A stretch of 64,000 nucleotides of DNA from Gemmatimonadales bacterium (GCA_035491895.1 DATJJY010000045.1:7673-71672); one strand, 5' to 3'. Shown: positions 16,301-27,725, counted from the first letter of the stretch. Notes: generated by a model from the letters alone, not told the origin. Made by a program: numbers and translations.

Positions 16301-17126
16301 GTCGACGGGGAGCGGCAACACCGTCACGGGTCCCTCGGGAACCACCGGGTCGAACGGCGTCGCGACCGCGACCTTCAGCTCGAGCGTCGCCGAAGGGAAG
16401 ACGCTGTCAGCGACTGCCGACGGCACCGCGATCACGCAAACCGCATCGGTGACGGTCACGAACCAACCGCCGCCCGGAATCACCCAGACGCTGCTCACCT
16501 CGGGCCACGACCCGACCAACACATCGACCTTCACCACCGGCTCCATTGCGCCGGCGCCGAACACGCTGGTCACCGTCGCGGTGCTGACGCACCAGGCCTC
16601 CGCGGCGGCGCCCGATCCAACATTGACCGGCGGCGGAATGGCAAACTGGCAGGTGGTGGCGAGCGTCGCCTACGACGGCGCTACGCCGCTCGACCGGCTG
16701 ACCATCTACCGGGCGATGAGCGCGGCGCCGGGCAGTGGGGCGATTACGATCAAGACGAGTGTCACCGTCTCCAATTGTCAGTGGATCGTGTCCCAGTGGA
16801 GCGGTGTCGATCAATCGGGGACGAACGGCTCGGGCGCTATCGTCCAGACGGCCTCCGCATCCGGCGCCGCGGTGACGACCCTGACGGCCGCGCTCGCGTC
16901 CTTCGCGAGCGGCAATGACGTGGCGTATGGTGCGTTCGGAGTGGCGAACCCGACGGCGGTCATAACGGCGGGAAGCGGGTTCACGACGATCGATCAGCAG
17001 CCGTCGGGCGAGAGCTCGGTCGGCGATCTCTTCGCGGAATGGGCCCTGAACACCCCCGCCGTGACCGCGACCTGGCCCAGCAAGCCCGCCGGCGCCCTGG
17101 GCGTCGAGATCAAGGCGGGTCCCTGA
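13311..17126 (+). CDS. Giant lipoprotein paralogue: metallophosphoesterase + Gly hinge + 1 Ig-like repeat + internal copy of tail module + 4 Ig-like repeats + terminal tail module
   Basis: 1271 aa, 19 nt after the previous stop, with the same CCCCTAGGAGA RBS block. The lipobox and phosphoesterase motifs match the paralogue. The internal module (14619-15256) ends ...LLAIEIKAG, like the terminal ...LGVEIKAGP. Confidence 0.85.
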   Translation: MSPVQNRLLCQTVAVTLALGFVACTDTNDPLRPGVQALYTTPTGLLTANPPQIFVGAGDISSCSNTGDEATAKLLDAIPDPATVYNIGDDAYNNGTTAEFACYNSTWGRHKYRTQPTSGNHEYNSSGAAGYFQYFGAAAHPSSVSDSAGFYSFNLGAWHIISLNSDITRSAGSKQDKWLAADLAAHPNQCTLAYWHHPLYSSTGGTGSGGVSLTSMRPFWDRLYAAHADLVLNGHRHFYERMALMKPDGSADPTNGIREIIAGSGGIGGGSETNLFPLHQTGDGSTFGVLKLYLYDDSYAWKFIPVAGKTYTDSGSTACHSSGGGGGPGPVSATNSTVSANPTSFTVGSGSSTITVTAKDANGNTLSGSNVVLASTGSGNTFTPASGTTNGSGVFTSTFTSSVAEGKTISANIDGTAITQTASVTVNSSGGGGGGTITQTLLTSGGNGVNQSVYTTASISPAANALVTVAIRMRRSSGALTPTVTGGGMSSWTQVASLDYDPLSTPTSRLLVFRAMSGAPGSGPVTITFSSSISNVEWSVSQWTGVDQTGTNGSGAIGQTGSIGADATTSLSKALAAFGNANNVGFGVVGASTAAPAVTPGSGLTEISEPTSGESTLLETEQGVNVSTVAATLSKSANAGLLAIEIKAGAGGGPAVSAANSTVGASSPITAGGSPSTITVTARDGSNNPISGATVVLAATGSGNTLTQPSATTNGSGVATGTLASTVAEDKTISATINGVAITQTATVTVSPGAVSASTSTVGATSPITAGSGTSTITVTAKDANNNLISGATVVLAATGTGNTLTQPSGTTVNGVATGSLASTDAETKTVSATINGTSITQTASVVVNPAGPAVSAANSTVGATSPITAGSGTSTITVTVMDGSNNPLSGVSVTLSATGIGNTITQPAAATDVNGVTTGSLSSTAAGTKTITAVAGGVTLTQQAVVTVTAGPADAGQSTVAAAPASILVNTGSSTITVTVKDAFGNPVSGSTVLVASTGSGNTVTGPSGTTGSNGVATATFSSSVAEGKTLSATADGTAITQTASVTVTNQPPPGITQTLLTSGHDPTNTSTFTTGSIAPAPNTLVTVAVLTHQASAAAPDPTLTGGGMANWQVVASVAYDGATPLDRLTIYRAMSAAPGSGAITIKTSVTVSNCQWIVSQWSGVDQSGTNGSGAIVQTASASGAAVTTLTAALASFASGNDVAYGAFGVANPTAVITAGSGFTTIDQQPSGESSVGDLFAEWALNTPAVTATWPSKPAGALGVEIKAGP
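15266..16478 (+). repeat. Four in-frame ~300-nt coding repeats (Ig-like domains) in lipoprotein 2
   Basis: PAVSAANSTVGA(S/T)SPITAGSG(T/S)STITVT... recurs four times. A fifth, N-proximal copy lies at about 14301-14590. Confidence 0.8.
16456..17126 (+). repeat. 671-nt direct repeat, copy 2 (3' end of lipoprotein 2)
   Basis: See 12621-13291. Confidence 0.85.
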
Positions 17127-17127
17127 G

Positions 17128-17511
17128 CTAGCGGATCGCGATCGCGTCGATCTCCACGCGGGCACCCTTCGGCAACCCGGCCGCCTGTACGGTCGAGCGC
17201 GCCGGGCGGTGCCCGCCGAAGTGTCGGGCGTATACCTCGTTCATCGCCGCGAAATCCGCCATGTCGATGAGATAGACCGTCGTCTTCACCACCTGGCCGA
17301 GCGACGATCCCGAGGCAGCGAGCACGGCGGTGAGGTTTTGCAGCACCTGCTCCGTTTGCTCCGCGACGGTCGCGCCGACGAGCTCTCCCGACTTCGGGTC
17401 GAGCGCCACCTGCCCCGCCGTGTATACCGTGTCGTCGGTGACGATCGCCTGGCTGTAAGGACCGATCGCCTTGGGTGCCTTGTCGGTCGCTACCGGATTG
17501 AGCGTCTTCAT
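17128..17511 (-). CDS. ridA: RidA/YjgF-family reactive-intermediate deaminase
   Basis: APKAIGPYSQAI...YTAGQVALDP...TTVYL.DM.DF...N.VY...RPARSTVQ...LPKGARVEIDAIA. Confidence 0.85.
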   Translation of the reverse strand: MKTLNPVATDKAPKAIGPYSQAIVTDDTVYTAGQVALDPKSGELVGATVAEQTEQVLQNLTAVLAASGSSLGQVVKTTVYLIDMADFAAMNEVYARHFGGHRPARSTVQAAGLPKGARVEIDAIAIR

Positions 17512-19184
17512 CAGAACAGCCCCTCGATCGTGCCGTCGGGATGCAAGCGGATCCGCTCGGCCGCCGGACTCTTACCCAAGCCCGGCATCGTCATGATGTC
17601 CCCGGCCAACGCCACCACGAAGCCGGCGCCGGCGGAGGGAAGAATGTCCCGCACCTGCAGCGTGAACCCCGACGGCGCGCCGAGCTTGGACGCGTCGTCG
17701 CTGAACGAGTACTGCGTCTTGGCCATGCAGACCGGCGTCTCCCCCAACCCCAGCCTGGGCAGCAGCTCGAGCGCCCGCTCGGCGGGCGGCGCGTAGGACA
17801 CGCCGCCGGCGCCGTAGATCTCCCGGGCGATCGTCTCGATCTTCTCGGCGATCGGCCGGCGCTCATCGTACAGCGGCTTGAACGACGCCTTCCCGTCGTC
17901 CAGCAGCTGCAGGATCGCCCGACCCACTTCGAGCCCGCCGTCCCCGCCCTTCTCCCACACCTCACAGCGCACCGCCTCCACACCTTCGGCCTGGCACGCG
18001 GCGCGCACCGCTTCGATTTCCTCGTCAGTGTCGGTGATGAAGCGGTTCAGCGCCACGACGCAGGGAACCCCGAACTTCTTGACGTTGCGCACGTGGCGGG
18101 TGAGGTTCGCCGCCCCGCGCTCGACGGCCGCGCGGTCGGGTTTTCCGAGGTTCTCCTTCTTCACGCCGCCGTGCATCTTCAGCGCCCGCACCGTCCCTAC
18201 GACCACCGCGGCTTCGGGCTGCAAGCCGGACATGCGGCACTTGATGTCGAAGAACTTTTCGGCACCGAGGTCGGCGCCGAACCCGGCCTCCGTCAGCACG
18301 ATGTCCGCGAGCCTGAGGCCAAGCTGCGTCGCCATCACCGAGTTACAGCCGTGGGCGATATTGCCGAACGGCCCGCAGTGGACCAGCGCCGGCCCCCCCT
18401 CGAGCGTCTGCACGAGGTTGGGCTTCAAGGCGTCCTTCAACAGCAGCGTCATCGCGCCCTCGGCCTTCAGGTCGCTGGCGCGCACGCCGGTCCGTCCTTG
18501 CGTGAGCCCGACGATGATGCGCGCCAGCCTCGTCTCGAGGTCCTTGAGACTCGTGGCCAGGGCCATGATGGCCATGACCTCGGAGCCCGGGATGATGACG
18601 AAGCGCTCTTCGCGCGTCGGGCCGCCGTTGGTTCCCCCCAGCCCGACGATGATCTGGCGCAGCGCCCGGTCGTTCATGTCAATGGTACGCGGCCAGGTGA
18701 TGCGGCGGGTGTCGAGCCCGAGCGCGTTGCCGTGATGCAGGTGGGCGTCGAGCATCGCCGACAGCAGGTTGTGCGCGCTCGAGATGGCGTGGAAGTCGCC
18801 GGTGAAATGGAGATTGATGTCCTCCATCGGTACGACCTGCGCATAACCACCGCCCGCGGCCCCGCCCTTGACCCCGAACACCGGGCCGAGCGACGGCTCG
18901 CGGATACAGAGCAGCGCCTTCTTGCCGAGCTTGCGCAGCGCCTGCGCCACGCCGACGGTGACCGTGGACTTCCCCTCTCCCGCCGGCGTCGGGTTGATAC
19001 CGGTCACGAGCACGAGCCGTCCGGTCGCTTGGCGGCGCTCGATCGCCTGCAGCGAGATCTTCGCCTTGTACCGCCCGTAGAATTCCACTTCGTCGTCGGC
19101 CAGGCCGAGCTCCCGGGCGACGTCCGCGATGGGGCGGAGTTTGGCCGCCTGGGCGATCGCGATGTCGGTCGGTACGGTGGTCAC
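17511..19184 (-). CDS. fhs: Formate--tetrahydrofolate ligase
   Basis: 557 aa with TDIAIAQAAKLRPI, INPTPAGEGKST, EPSLGPVFGVKGGAAGGGY and LVHCGPFGNIAHGCNS. Confidence 0.92.
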   Translation of the reverse strand: MTTVPTDIAIAQAAKLRPIADVARELGLADDEVEFYGRYKAKISLQAIERRQATGRLVLVTGINPTPAGEGKSTVTVGVAQALRKLGKKALLCIREPSLGPVFGVKGGAAGGGYAQVVPMEDINLHFTGDFHAISSAHNLLSAMLDAHLHHGNALGLDTRRITWPRTIDMNDRALRQIIVGLGGTNGGPTREERFVIIPGSEVMAIMALATSLKDLETRLARIIVGLTQGRTGVRASDLKAEGAMTLLLKDALKPNLVQTLEGGPALVHCGPFGNIAHGCNSVMATQLGLRLADIVLTEAGFGADLGAEKFFDIKCRMSGLQPEAAVVVGTVRALKMHGGVKKENLGKPDRAAVERGAANLTRHVRNVKKFGVPCVVALNRFITDTDEEIEAVRAACQAEGVEAVRCEVWEKGGDGGLEVGRAILQLLDDGKASFKPLYDERRPIAEKIETIAREIYGAGGVSYAPPAERALELLPRLGLGETPVCMAKTQYSFSDDASKLGAPSGFTLQVRDILPSAGAGFVVALAGDIMTMPGLGKSPAAERIRLHPDGTIEGLF

Positions 19185-19187
19185 ACT

Positions 19188-19988
19188 CTAGTCCTCCCTG
19201 GAGGCGAGCGGTGTGGCGATGCGGGGGCCGAAGACGCGGAGCGCGTTCTCGGCGGTCTGTCGCGCCAGCTCGTCGGGCGAGGTGCCGCGCTGGCGCGCGA
19301 GTACGGTGACGATCTCGGGAACGTAGGCCGGCTCGTTGCGGCGCCCGCGGTGCGGGACGGGCGCGAGGTAGGGCGCATCGGTCTCGACGAGCAGCCGTTC
19401 GGCGGGGGCCGCCGACGTCTGGACCGCGGGATTCCAGTTCTTGAACGTGATCATTCCGCTGAACGAGAAGTAGGCGCCGGCATCCATGCCCGCGGTGAAG
19501 ATCGCGCGGCTGCCGGCGAAGCAGTGGAGCACGAGGGCCGGCACGCGGCCGCCCCATTCCCGCAGCAGCGCCGCCATATCGTCGTCGGCGTCGCGGGCGT
19601 GAATCACCACCGGTTTCCCAAGGTCCCGCGCGAGCGCGAGCTGTCCCTCGAACGCCGCGCGCTGCGCGGCCCGCGGTGCGTGATCGTAGTGATAGTCGAG
19701 TCCCGTTTCGCCGACGGCGACCAGCTCGGGACGCCCCAGCATCTCGCGCAGCTTCCCGGGCGTGGCCTCGTCCCAGCTCGCGGCATCGTGGGGGTGGACG
19801 CCGGCGGTCGCCGACAGCCCGGCGTGCGCCCGGGCGAGGGCCGCGGCGCGCTCACTGCCCGCCAGCGATTCGCCAATCACAACGACGTGTCCCACACCGG
19901 CCGCCGCCGCCCGCGCCAGCACGGCCGGGCGGTCGTCGTCGAATGCCGCGTCCCCCAGGTGGCAATGGGCGTCCACCAGGGCCGGCAC
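19188..19988 (-). CDS. tatD: TatD-family metal-dependent hydrolase/DNase
   Basis: VPALVDAHCHLGD..., GVHPHDA, GETGLDYHY, IHARDA and ETDAPYLAP. GTG 19988 lies 2 nt after the secF stop. The track ORF (to 20522) over-extends into secF. Confidence 0.8.
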   Translation of the reverse strand: MPALVDAHCHLGDAAFDDDRPAVLARAAAAGVGHVVVIGESLAGSERAAALARAHAGLSATAGVHPHDAASWDEATPGKLREMLGRPELVAVGETGLDYHYDHAPRAAQRAAFEGQLALARDLGKPVVIHARDADDDMAALLREWGGRVPALVLHCFAGSRAIFTAGMDAGAYFSFSGMITFKNWNPAVQTSAAPAERLLVETDAPYLAPVPHRGRRNEPAYVPEIVTVLARQRGTSPDELARQTAENALRVFGPRIATPLASRED

Positions 19989-19990
19989 CG

Positions 19991-21013
19991 TCAGACGGCG
20001 GCCTTGGAGCGGCTGCTGCCGCTTCCTCCGCTGGGCGCCGGAGCCGGCACGGGCGTGACCATCGGCTCCCGGGGGGCGTAGGCGCGGGCGCCGCGGGCGT
20101 CCTGGCCCGGCCAGCGCTTCTCGATCAGGAGCAGCACGGGAGCAGCGATGTAGATCGATGAGAAGGTGCCCGTGAAGATCGCGAACGTCATCACCAGGGC
20201 GAAGGGCCGGATCACCTCGCCTCCGAAGATCACCAGCGCGAGCGTCGCCGCCATCGTCGTCCCGTGGGTCAGGATCGAGCGCGGCAGCGTCTCGTTGATC
20301 GACAGGTTGAGGATCTCGTACAGGTTGGTGCGCCGGAACTTGCGCAGGTTCTCGCGCACGCGATCGAAGATGATGATGGTGTCGTTGAGCGAGTACCCCA
20401 CCATGGTGAGCACTGCGCCCACCACGACCAGGCTGACCTCGAGGTTCGTGTATCGGATAAAGGCGATGGTCGTGAGGATGTCGTGGAACGTGGCGAGCAC
20501 CGCCGCGAGCCCGAAGCGCCATTCGAAACGGTAGGCGAGATAGGCGAGCGTCACGAAGAACGAGAAGAAGATCGCCAGGAGCGCTTTGCCCTGCAGCTCC
20601 TTCCCGACCTTGGGACCCACCGCCTCGCGCTTCTCGATCCGGTAGTTGTCATGCCCCAGCTTCTGGTCCAGGGCGCGACCGACCGCCGCCACCGTCTCCT
20701 CGGTTCCACCTCCCGGCGTCGTCGCGTGCGCACCGAGCCGCGCCCGGATGCTGTAGGAGGTATCGGAGCCGAACGATTGGATCTCCGCGCCGGGGATGCC
20801 GGCCGCGTCCAGATCGGCGCGCAGCTCGGCCGTCTGCACCGGCTGCCTGGTCTCGATCTGGATGAAGGTGCCGCCCGTGAACTCGATGCTGTAGTTGAGG
20901 CCCTTGACCGCGAGCAGCACGAGACCCGGGATGATGATGAGCGCGGTGAGGCCGTACGCGTAGCGGCGCCACTTGATGAAGTCGTAGTTGGCGTTGGCGA
21001 AGAGTCGGATCAT
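19991..21013 (-). CDS. secF: Protein translocase subunit SecF
   Basis: NYDFIKWRRYAYGLT, GLNYSIEFTGGT, and the SecD/F membrane-domain pattern ...DTIIIFDRVREN... Confidence 0.9.
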   Translation of the reverse strand: MIRLFANANYDFIKWRRYAYGLTALIIIPGLVLLAVKGLNYSIEFTGGTFIQIETRQPVQTAELRADLDAAGIPGAEIQSFGSDTSYSIRARLGAHATTPGGGTEETVAAVGRALDQKLGHDNYRIEKREAVGPKVGKELQGKALLAIFFSFFVTLAYLAYRFEWRFGLAAVLATFHDILTTIAFIRYTNLEVSLVVVGAVLTMVGYSLNDTIIIFDRVRENLRKFRRTNLYEILNLSINETLPRSILTHGTTMAATLALVIFGGEVIRPFALVMTFAIFTGTFSSIYIAAPVLLLIEKRWPGQDARGARAYAPREPMVTPVPAPAPSGGSGSSRSKAAV

Positions 21014-22668
21014 CAGACGCTCAGGGTTTGCATGTCGGGCCGCCGGCGCAGCCAGATCATGTAGAAGGTGCGCACGACGAAGATCGCGGTGATCATCGAC
21101 GCGATGATGCCGATGATCAGGGTGATGGCAAAGCCCTGCACCGGTCCCGTGCCCACGAGATAGAGAATGAACGCCGTGAGGGCGGTCGACACGTTGGAGT
21201 CGATGATCGCGCTCATCGCGTGCGTGAACCCCTCATCGACCGCCAGTCGCACCGTCTTGCCGTGCTGCAGCTCCTCGCGGATGCGCTCGAAGATCAGCAC
21301 GTTGGCGTCGACCGCGATCCCCACCGACAACACGAGCCCCGCCAGCCCCGGCAGCGTGAGCGTGAACCCGAACACCGAGAGGCCGGCGAGCGTCAGCAGC
21401 AGGTACAGCGTGAGCGAGGCCACGGCCAGGGCGCCGGAGAGCCGGTAATAGCCCACCATGATGAGGATCACCAGCGCCACGCCGACGATGCCGGCCTTGA
21501 TGCCGTCGTGGATCGAATCGGCGCCGAGCGACGGCCCGATGGTCCGTTCTTCGACGATTTGCAGCGGCGCCGGGAGCGCGCCGGCGCGCAGCACCAGCGC
21601 GAGATCCTGCGCCTCGGTGAGCGCCTTGTTCTGGAGATCGATCTGGCCGGTGCCGCAGATCTGGTCGTTGATGATCGGCGGCTGGCCCTGAACGCGGTTG
21701 TCGAGGATGATCGCCATGTAGTCGTGCACGTGGCGGCCCGTTTCGTCGCAGAACTTCCGCGAGCCGCGCCGCGTGAGATCGAACACGACGACCGAATGAT
21801 TGTTGAGCTGGTCACGCTTGGCGGCCGCCTTCGTCAGCTCCTCGCCGGTGATGATCGGCTTGTCCTCGACGACATACAGCGGGCGGTATAACCGTGCCTG
21901 GCGCGATTCGGACTCGGTGCCCCATTTCAGATCAAAGCCGCGAGGGATGGCGGCCGTCACTTCCGGCCGGGCCAGGAGGCTTTCGGCCCGCGCCACCTGC
22001 TCGTCGGGAACGAGAAACTCCCCGGGGAGCCCCCCCTGGAAAAGCAGGGCGGACAATGCCCCCGGCGCGTTCGATTCGGCGGTGTCAGGAGCGGGCGTCG
22101 CGGACTTCTTCTTGGTCGTGTCGGCGCCCTTCTTGGAGGTGTCGGCGCCGAACAGCTGCGTCACGGCGCTCACCTGGGCACCGCTCGGCGCCTTCACGCC
22201 GGCGACCCGCAGCGCGCGGTCGATGCCCGGGAGGGCGTCGCGGAACTGGTTCTTCATGTCGGTGATGCGGAACTCGAGAAACGCGGTGCGCTGCACGATC
22301 GACACGGCGCGCGCCGGGTCCTTTTCTCCCGCCAGCTCCACGACGAGCCGGCACTGTCCGACGATCTGCACCACCGGCTCCGTCGTGCCGAATTCGTCCA
22401 CCCGCGTCCGCACCACGCGCTGGGCGCGCTGGATCGCGTCGGCGCAGTCCGCCACCGCTCCCTTCGACTGATCGACCTCGAGCGCGAGATGGATCCCGCC
22501 CTGGAGGTCGAGGCCGAGGTTGATCGGCACCTGGCGAACCGAGGTGTCCCGCATTCGGCCCGTCTGGGGATCCTGCGTCCGCTGCGTCACGTTTCTCGGG
22601 ATGAGCGCCGCTATCGAAGCGCCCAGCAACAGGAAAATGAAGATCAAACGACCGCGAATCGATCTCAT
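21013..22668 (-). CDS. secD: Protein translocase subunit SecD
   Basis: Real start ATG 22668 (MRSIRGRLIFIFLLLGA), an ATGA overlap with the ribF stop. LGLDLQGGIHL and IGPSLGADSI are present, with a membrane domain. The track ORF to 23268 over-extends. Confidence 0.9.
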   Translation of the reverse strand: MRSIRGRLIFIFLLLGASIAALIPRNVTQRTQDPQTGRMRDTSVRQVPINLGLDLQGGIHLALEVDQSKGAVADCADAIQRAQRVVRTRVDEFGTTEPVVQIVGQCRLVVELAGEKDPARAVSIVQRTAFLEFRITDMKNQFRDALPGIDRALRVAGVKAPSGAQVSAVTQLFGADTSKKGADTTKKKSATPAPDTAESNAPGALSALLFQGGLPGEFLVPDEQVARAESLLARPEVTAAIPRGFDLKWGTESESRQARLYRPLYVVEDKPIITGEELTKAAAKRDQLNNHSVVVFDLTRRGSRKFCDETGRHVHDYMAIILDNRVQGQPPIINDQICGTGQIDLQNKALTEAQDLALVLRAGALPAPLQIVEERTIGPSLGADSIHDGIKAGIVGVALVILIMVGYYRLSGALAVASLTLYLLLTLAGLSVFGFTLTLPGLAGLVLSVGIAVDANVLIFERIREELQHGKTVRLAVDEGFTHAMSAIIDSNVSTALTAFILYLVGTGPVQGFAITLIIGIIASMITAIFVVRTFYMIWLRRRPDMQTLSV

Positions 22669-23573
22669 GCGATCCCTTCTCCGTTGAGACTGCGGCGCGC
22701 CGCCGTGCGGTCCTGCGCCAGCTGCTCGATCAGCGCCTCGCGCGAAGGAAATGCGCGCACGTCGCGCAGACGCCCTACCCACTCCACCCACACCGTCGCG
22801 CCGTAGATCTCGGCGTCGAACTCGAACAGGTGAATCTCGAGTCCCCGCTCGGTGACCCCGAACGTGGGACGCGATCCCTGATTCATCATACCGCCGTAGC
22901 GCGCCCCGTCGGGCAGCGTCACCCGCACCGCGTACACGCCGTCGGGCGGCAACAACTTCCGCGCGTCGGGGACCGGGAGGTTGAGCGTCGGAATCCCGAT
23001 CGTCCGTCCCCGCCCGGCTCCACGCTCCACCGTGCCCAATGCGCCGTACGGTCGCCCCAGCCAGCGCCGCGCGAGGCCGAGATCGCCGTGGGCCAGCGCC
23101 GTCCGGATCAACGTGGACGATATCGGCTGCCCGTCGTCTCTCACCGGGTCGACCACGTCGACCGCGAACCCGTCGCTCGCCGCGATGCGCCGCACCGTGT
23201 CCACGTCCCCCGAGCGGCCGCGCCCGAAGCCGTGGTCGTGTCCCAGCACCAGCTCGTCCATGCGCCACCGCGCTCGCAGCACGTCCCGCACGAACTCCAA
23301 CGGCTCGAGCCGCGCGAACTCGGGCGTGAACGGCAACGTCTCGACCCGGCTCACGCCGGCCGCCTCCAACAAACGCCGTTTTTCAGCCGGCAGCGTCAAC
23401 AGCGGCGGCGCCGCGCCCGGGTTCACGATCGCGAGCGGGTGCGGATCGAACGTCACGACCACGCTCTCGCCCCCGCGCGCCCGCGCCCGGCGCGTGATCT
23501 CGGCGAGCACCGCCTGGTGCCCGCGATGCACCCCGTCGAACGTGCCGACGGTCACCACCGCGCCCGCCATCAA
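22665..23573 (-). CDS. ribF: Bifunctional riboflavin kinase / FMN adenylyltransferase
   Basis: VTVGTFDGVHRGHQAV, FDPHP, GHDHGFG, GRTIGIPTLN and EIHLFEFDAEIYG. Confidence 0.9.
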   Translation of the reverse strand: MMAGAVVTVGTFDGVHRGHQAVLAEITRRARARGGESVVVTFDPHPLAIVNPGAAPPLLTLPAEKRRLLEAAGVSRVETLPFTPEFARLEPLEFVRDVLRARWRMDELVLGHDHGFGRGRSGDVDTVRRIAASDGFAVDVVDPVRDDGQPISSTLIRTALAHGDLGLARRWLGRPYGALGTVERGAGRGRTIGIPTLNLPVPDARKLLPPDGVYAVRVTLPDGARYGGMMNQGSRPTFGVTERGLEIHLFEFDAEIYGATVWVEWVGRLRDVRAFPSREALIEQLAQDRTAARRSLNGEGIA

Positions 23574-24406
23574 TCCGCCAGAACGACCCGCGGCTTCAGC
23601 ACGTCGCCCGCGCGATCCGCCACCGCGACCAGCGTCTCCCCGGCGAACATCGCCACCGGTGTCGCCGTGGCGTCGCCCGCCGCCGCAATCCAGCGGCCGT
23701 GGACGACGGCGTTCCGCTCCGCCGTATCGACATCGCGCCGCTCGAGGTGGCGCACCAGCACCCCGGGCGGCAAGAGCGCCGCCGCCGTCGCCGCGGCGGG
23801 CGCCACCGCCTCTGCCAACCGAAACGGACCGACGACGGTACGCCGCAACGCGGCGAGATGCCCGCCACAGCCCAGCGCCGCGCCGATGTCCCGGGCGAGG
23901 GACCGCAGATACGTGCCGCCGCTCACCGTCGCCCGAAACTCCACGTCGGGCAGGGCGAAGGCCGTGACCTCGAGCGCGGTGATCTCCACGTCGCGCTCCG
24001 ACGGCTCGACCACTTCACCGCGCCGCGCCCGCCGGTACGCCCGCTCCCCGTCCACCTTCACCGCCGAGTACGCGGGCGGCCGCTGCCGGTACGTCCCGCG
24101 AAAGCCGTCGAGCGCCCGCTCCAGCGCCGTCCGGTCCACCGCGACGGGCCGCGAATCCAGCACCTGTCCCGTTGCGTCGTCGGTATCGGTCGTGACACCG
24201 AGCCGGATGCGTCCCTCGTACGACTTGGTCCACGCCGCGGCGAACGGCACGAGCCGCGTCGCCCGCCCCACGACCATCACGAGCAGCCCCGCGGCGAACG
24301 GATCGAGCGTGCCCGTATGTCCGACGCGTCGCGTGCCCAGCGCCCGGCGCACGATATCCACCATGTCGTGCGAGGTGGGACCGGCCGGTTTCGCCACCAG
24401 CAGCAC
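23570..24406 (-). CDS. truB: tRNA pseudouridine(55) synthase
   Basis: LLVAKPAGPTSHD, VGHTGTLDPFAAGLL, Q.PPAYSAVKV.G and GTYLRSLARD. Confidence 0.9.
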   Translation of the reverse strand: MLLVAKPAGPTSHDMVDIVRRALGTRRVGHTGTLDPFAAGLLVMVVGRATRLVPFAAAWTKSYEGRIRLGVTTDTDDATGQVLDSRPVAVDRTALERALDGFRGTYRQRPPAYSAVKVDGERAYRRARRGEVVEPSERDVEITALEVTAFALPDVEFRATVSGGTYLRSLARDIGAALGCGGHLAALRRTVVGPFRLAEAVAPAAATAAALLPPGVLVRHLERRDVDTAERNAVVHGRWIAAAGDATATPVAMFAGETLVAVADRAGDVLKPRVVLAD

Positions 24407-24414
24407 CCCGTCGG

Positions 24415-24771
24415 TCAGTCGTCCCCCGCCTTCAGGTCTTTCAGCATGCGATCGATGCGCTGTGCGTGCTCCAGCCCGCGATCCAGCCGGAAATGCAGCT
24501 CGGGACTGGTGCGCAGCCGCAGCTGGCGCGACAGCTCGGCGCGCAGATACCGCGCCGCGCTGGTCAGGCCCTCGAGGCTGCGCGCCTTCTCCTCTTCCGG
24601 CGCCATCACGCTCACGCTGATCGTGGCGTGCGACAGATCGGCCGTGACTTCGACGCCGGTGACCGTCACGAAGCCGATGCGCGGATCGCGGACGTCGCTC
24701 GTGAGAAACTCGGCGACGGCCTGGCGGATCAGCTCGGCGACGCGCTCGGGGCGATGCTTCGGGGTGCGCAT
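24415..24771 (-). CDS. rbfA: Ribosome-binding factor A
   Basis: RPERVAELIRQAVAEFL...DPRIGFVTVTGVEVT.DL.HA...VS. Conserved position between DUF503 and truB. Confidence 0.85.
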   Translation of the reverse strand: MRTPKHRPERVAELIRQAVAEFLTSDVRDPRIGFVTVTGVEVTADLSHATISVSVMAPEEEKARSLEGLTSAARYLRAELSRQLRLRTSPELHFRLDRGLEHAQRIDRMLKDLKAGDD

Positions 24772-24772
24772 G

Positions 24773-25054
24773 TCAGAGGTAGCTCGTGCTCGAATCCATG
24801 ACGCGCGCGCCGTCCGCTCCCGCCACCAGCCGATCGGCCTGCTGCAGCACCTGCTCGGCGTGACGCTTGTCGGTCGTGACGACCGCCGCGGACAGCTCCG
24901 CCCGCTGCCAGAGATCCTGGTGGTCGGTTTCCGAAACGGAGACGTTGAACTGCCGGTGCAACCGGTCCTTGAGACTCTTCACGATCTGCCGCTTCTCCTT
25001 CAGCGACTGGCACGCGCCAAGGTGCAGCTCCCAGGTGATGAGACCGACGATCAC
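24773..25054 (-). CDS. DUF503 (YlxP-like) protein
   Basis: 93 aa: MIVGLITWELHLGACQSLKEKRQIVKSLKDRL...FNVSVSE.D. Typical position after infB. Confidence 0.75.
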   Translation of the reverse strand: MIVGLITWELHLGACQSLKEKRQIVKSLKDRLHRQFNVSVSETDHQDLWQRAELSAAVVTTDKRHAEQVLQQADRLVAGADGARVMDSSTSYL

Positions 25055-25058
25055 CTGG

Positions 25059-27725
<2,667 letters not shown>

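Noticed and set aside
11741-16478. Regular ~290-300-nt periodic repeats that might be taken for a CRISPR-like or satellite array.
   Set aside because: The period is far too long for CRISPR. The repeats are in frame, diverged at third positions, and encode Ig-like domains inside two long CDSs. No short direct repeats with unique spacers and no cas genes are present.
10402-17127. A classical tRNA-targeted genomic island at selC.
   Set aside because: There is no integrase or transposase. I could find no direct repeat of the tRNA 3' end at the far boundary. The block lies on the 5' side of the tRNA rather than the 3' side used by integrases, and its composition looks like the rest of the window. 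It is kept only as a weak accessory-block observation.
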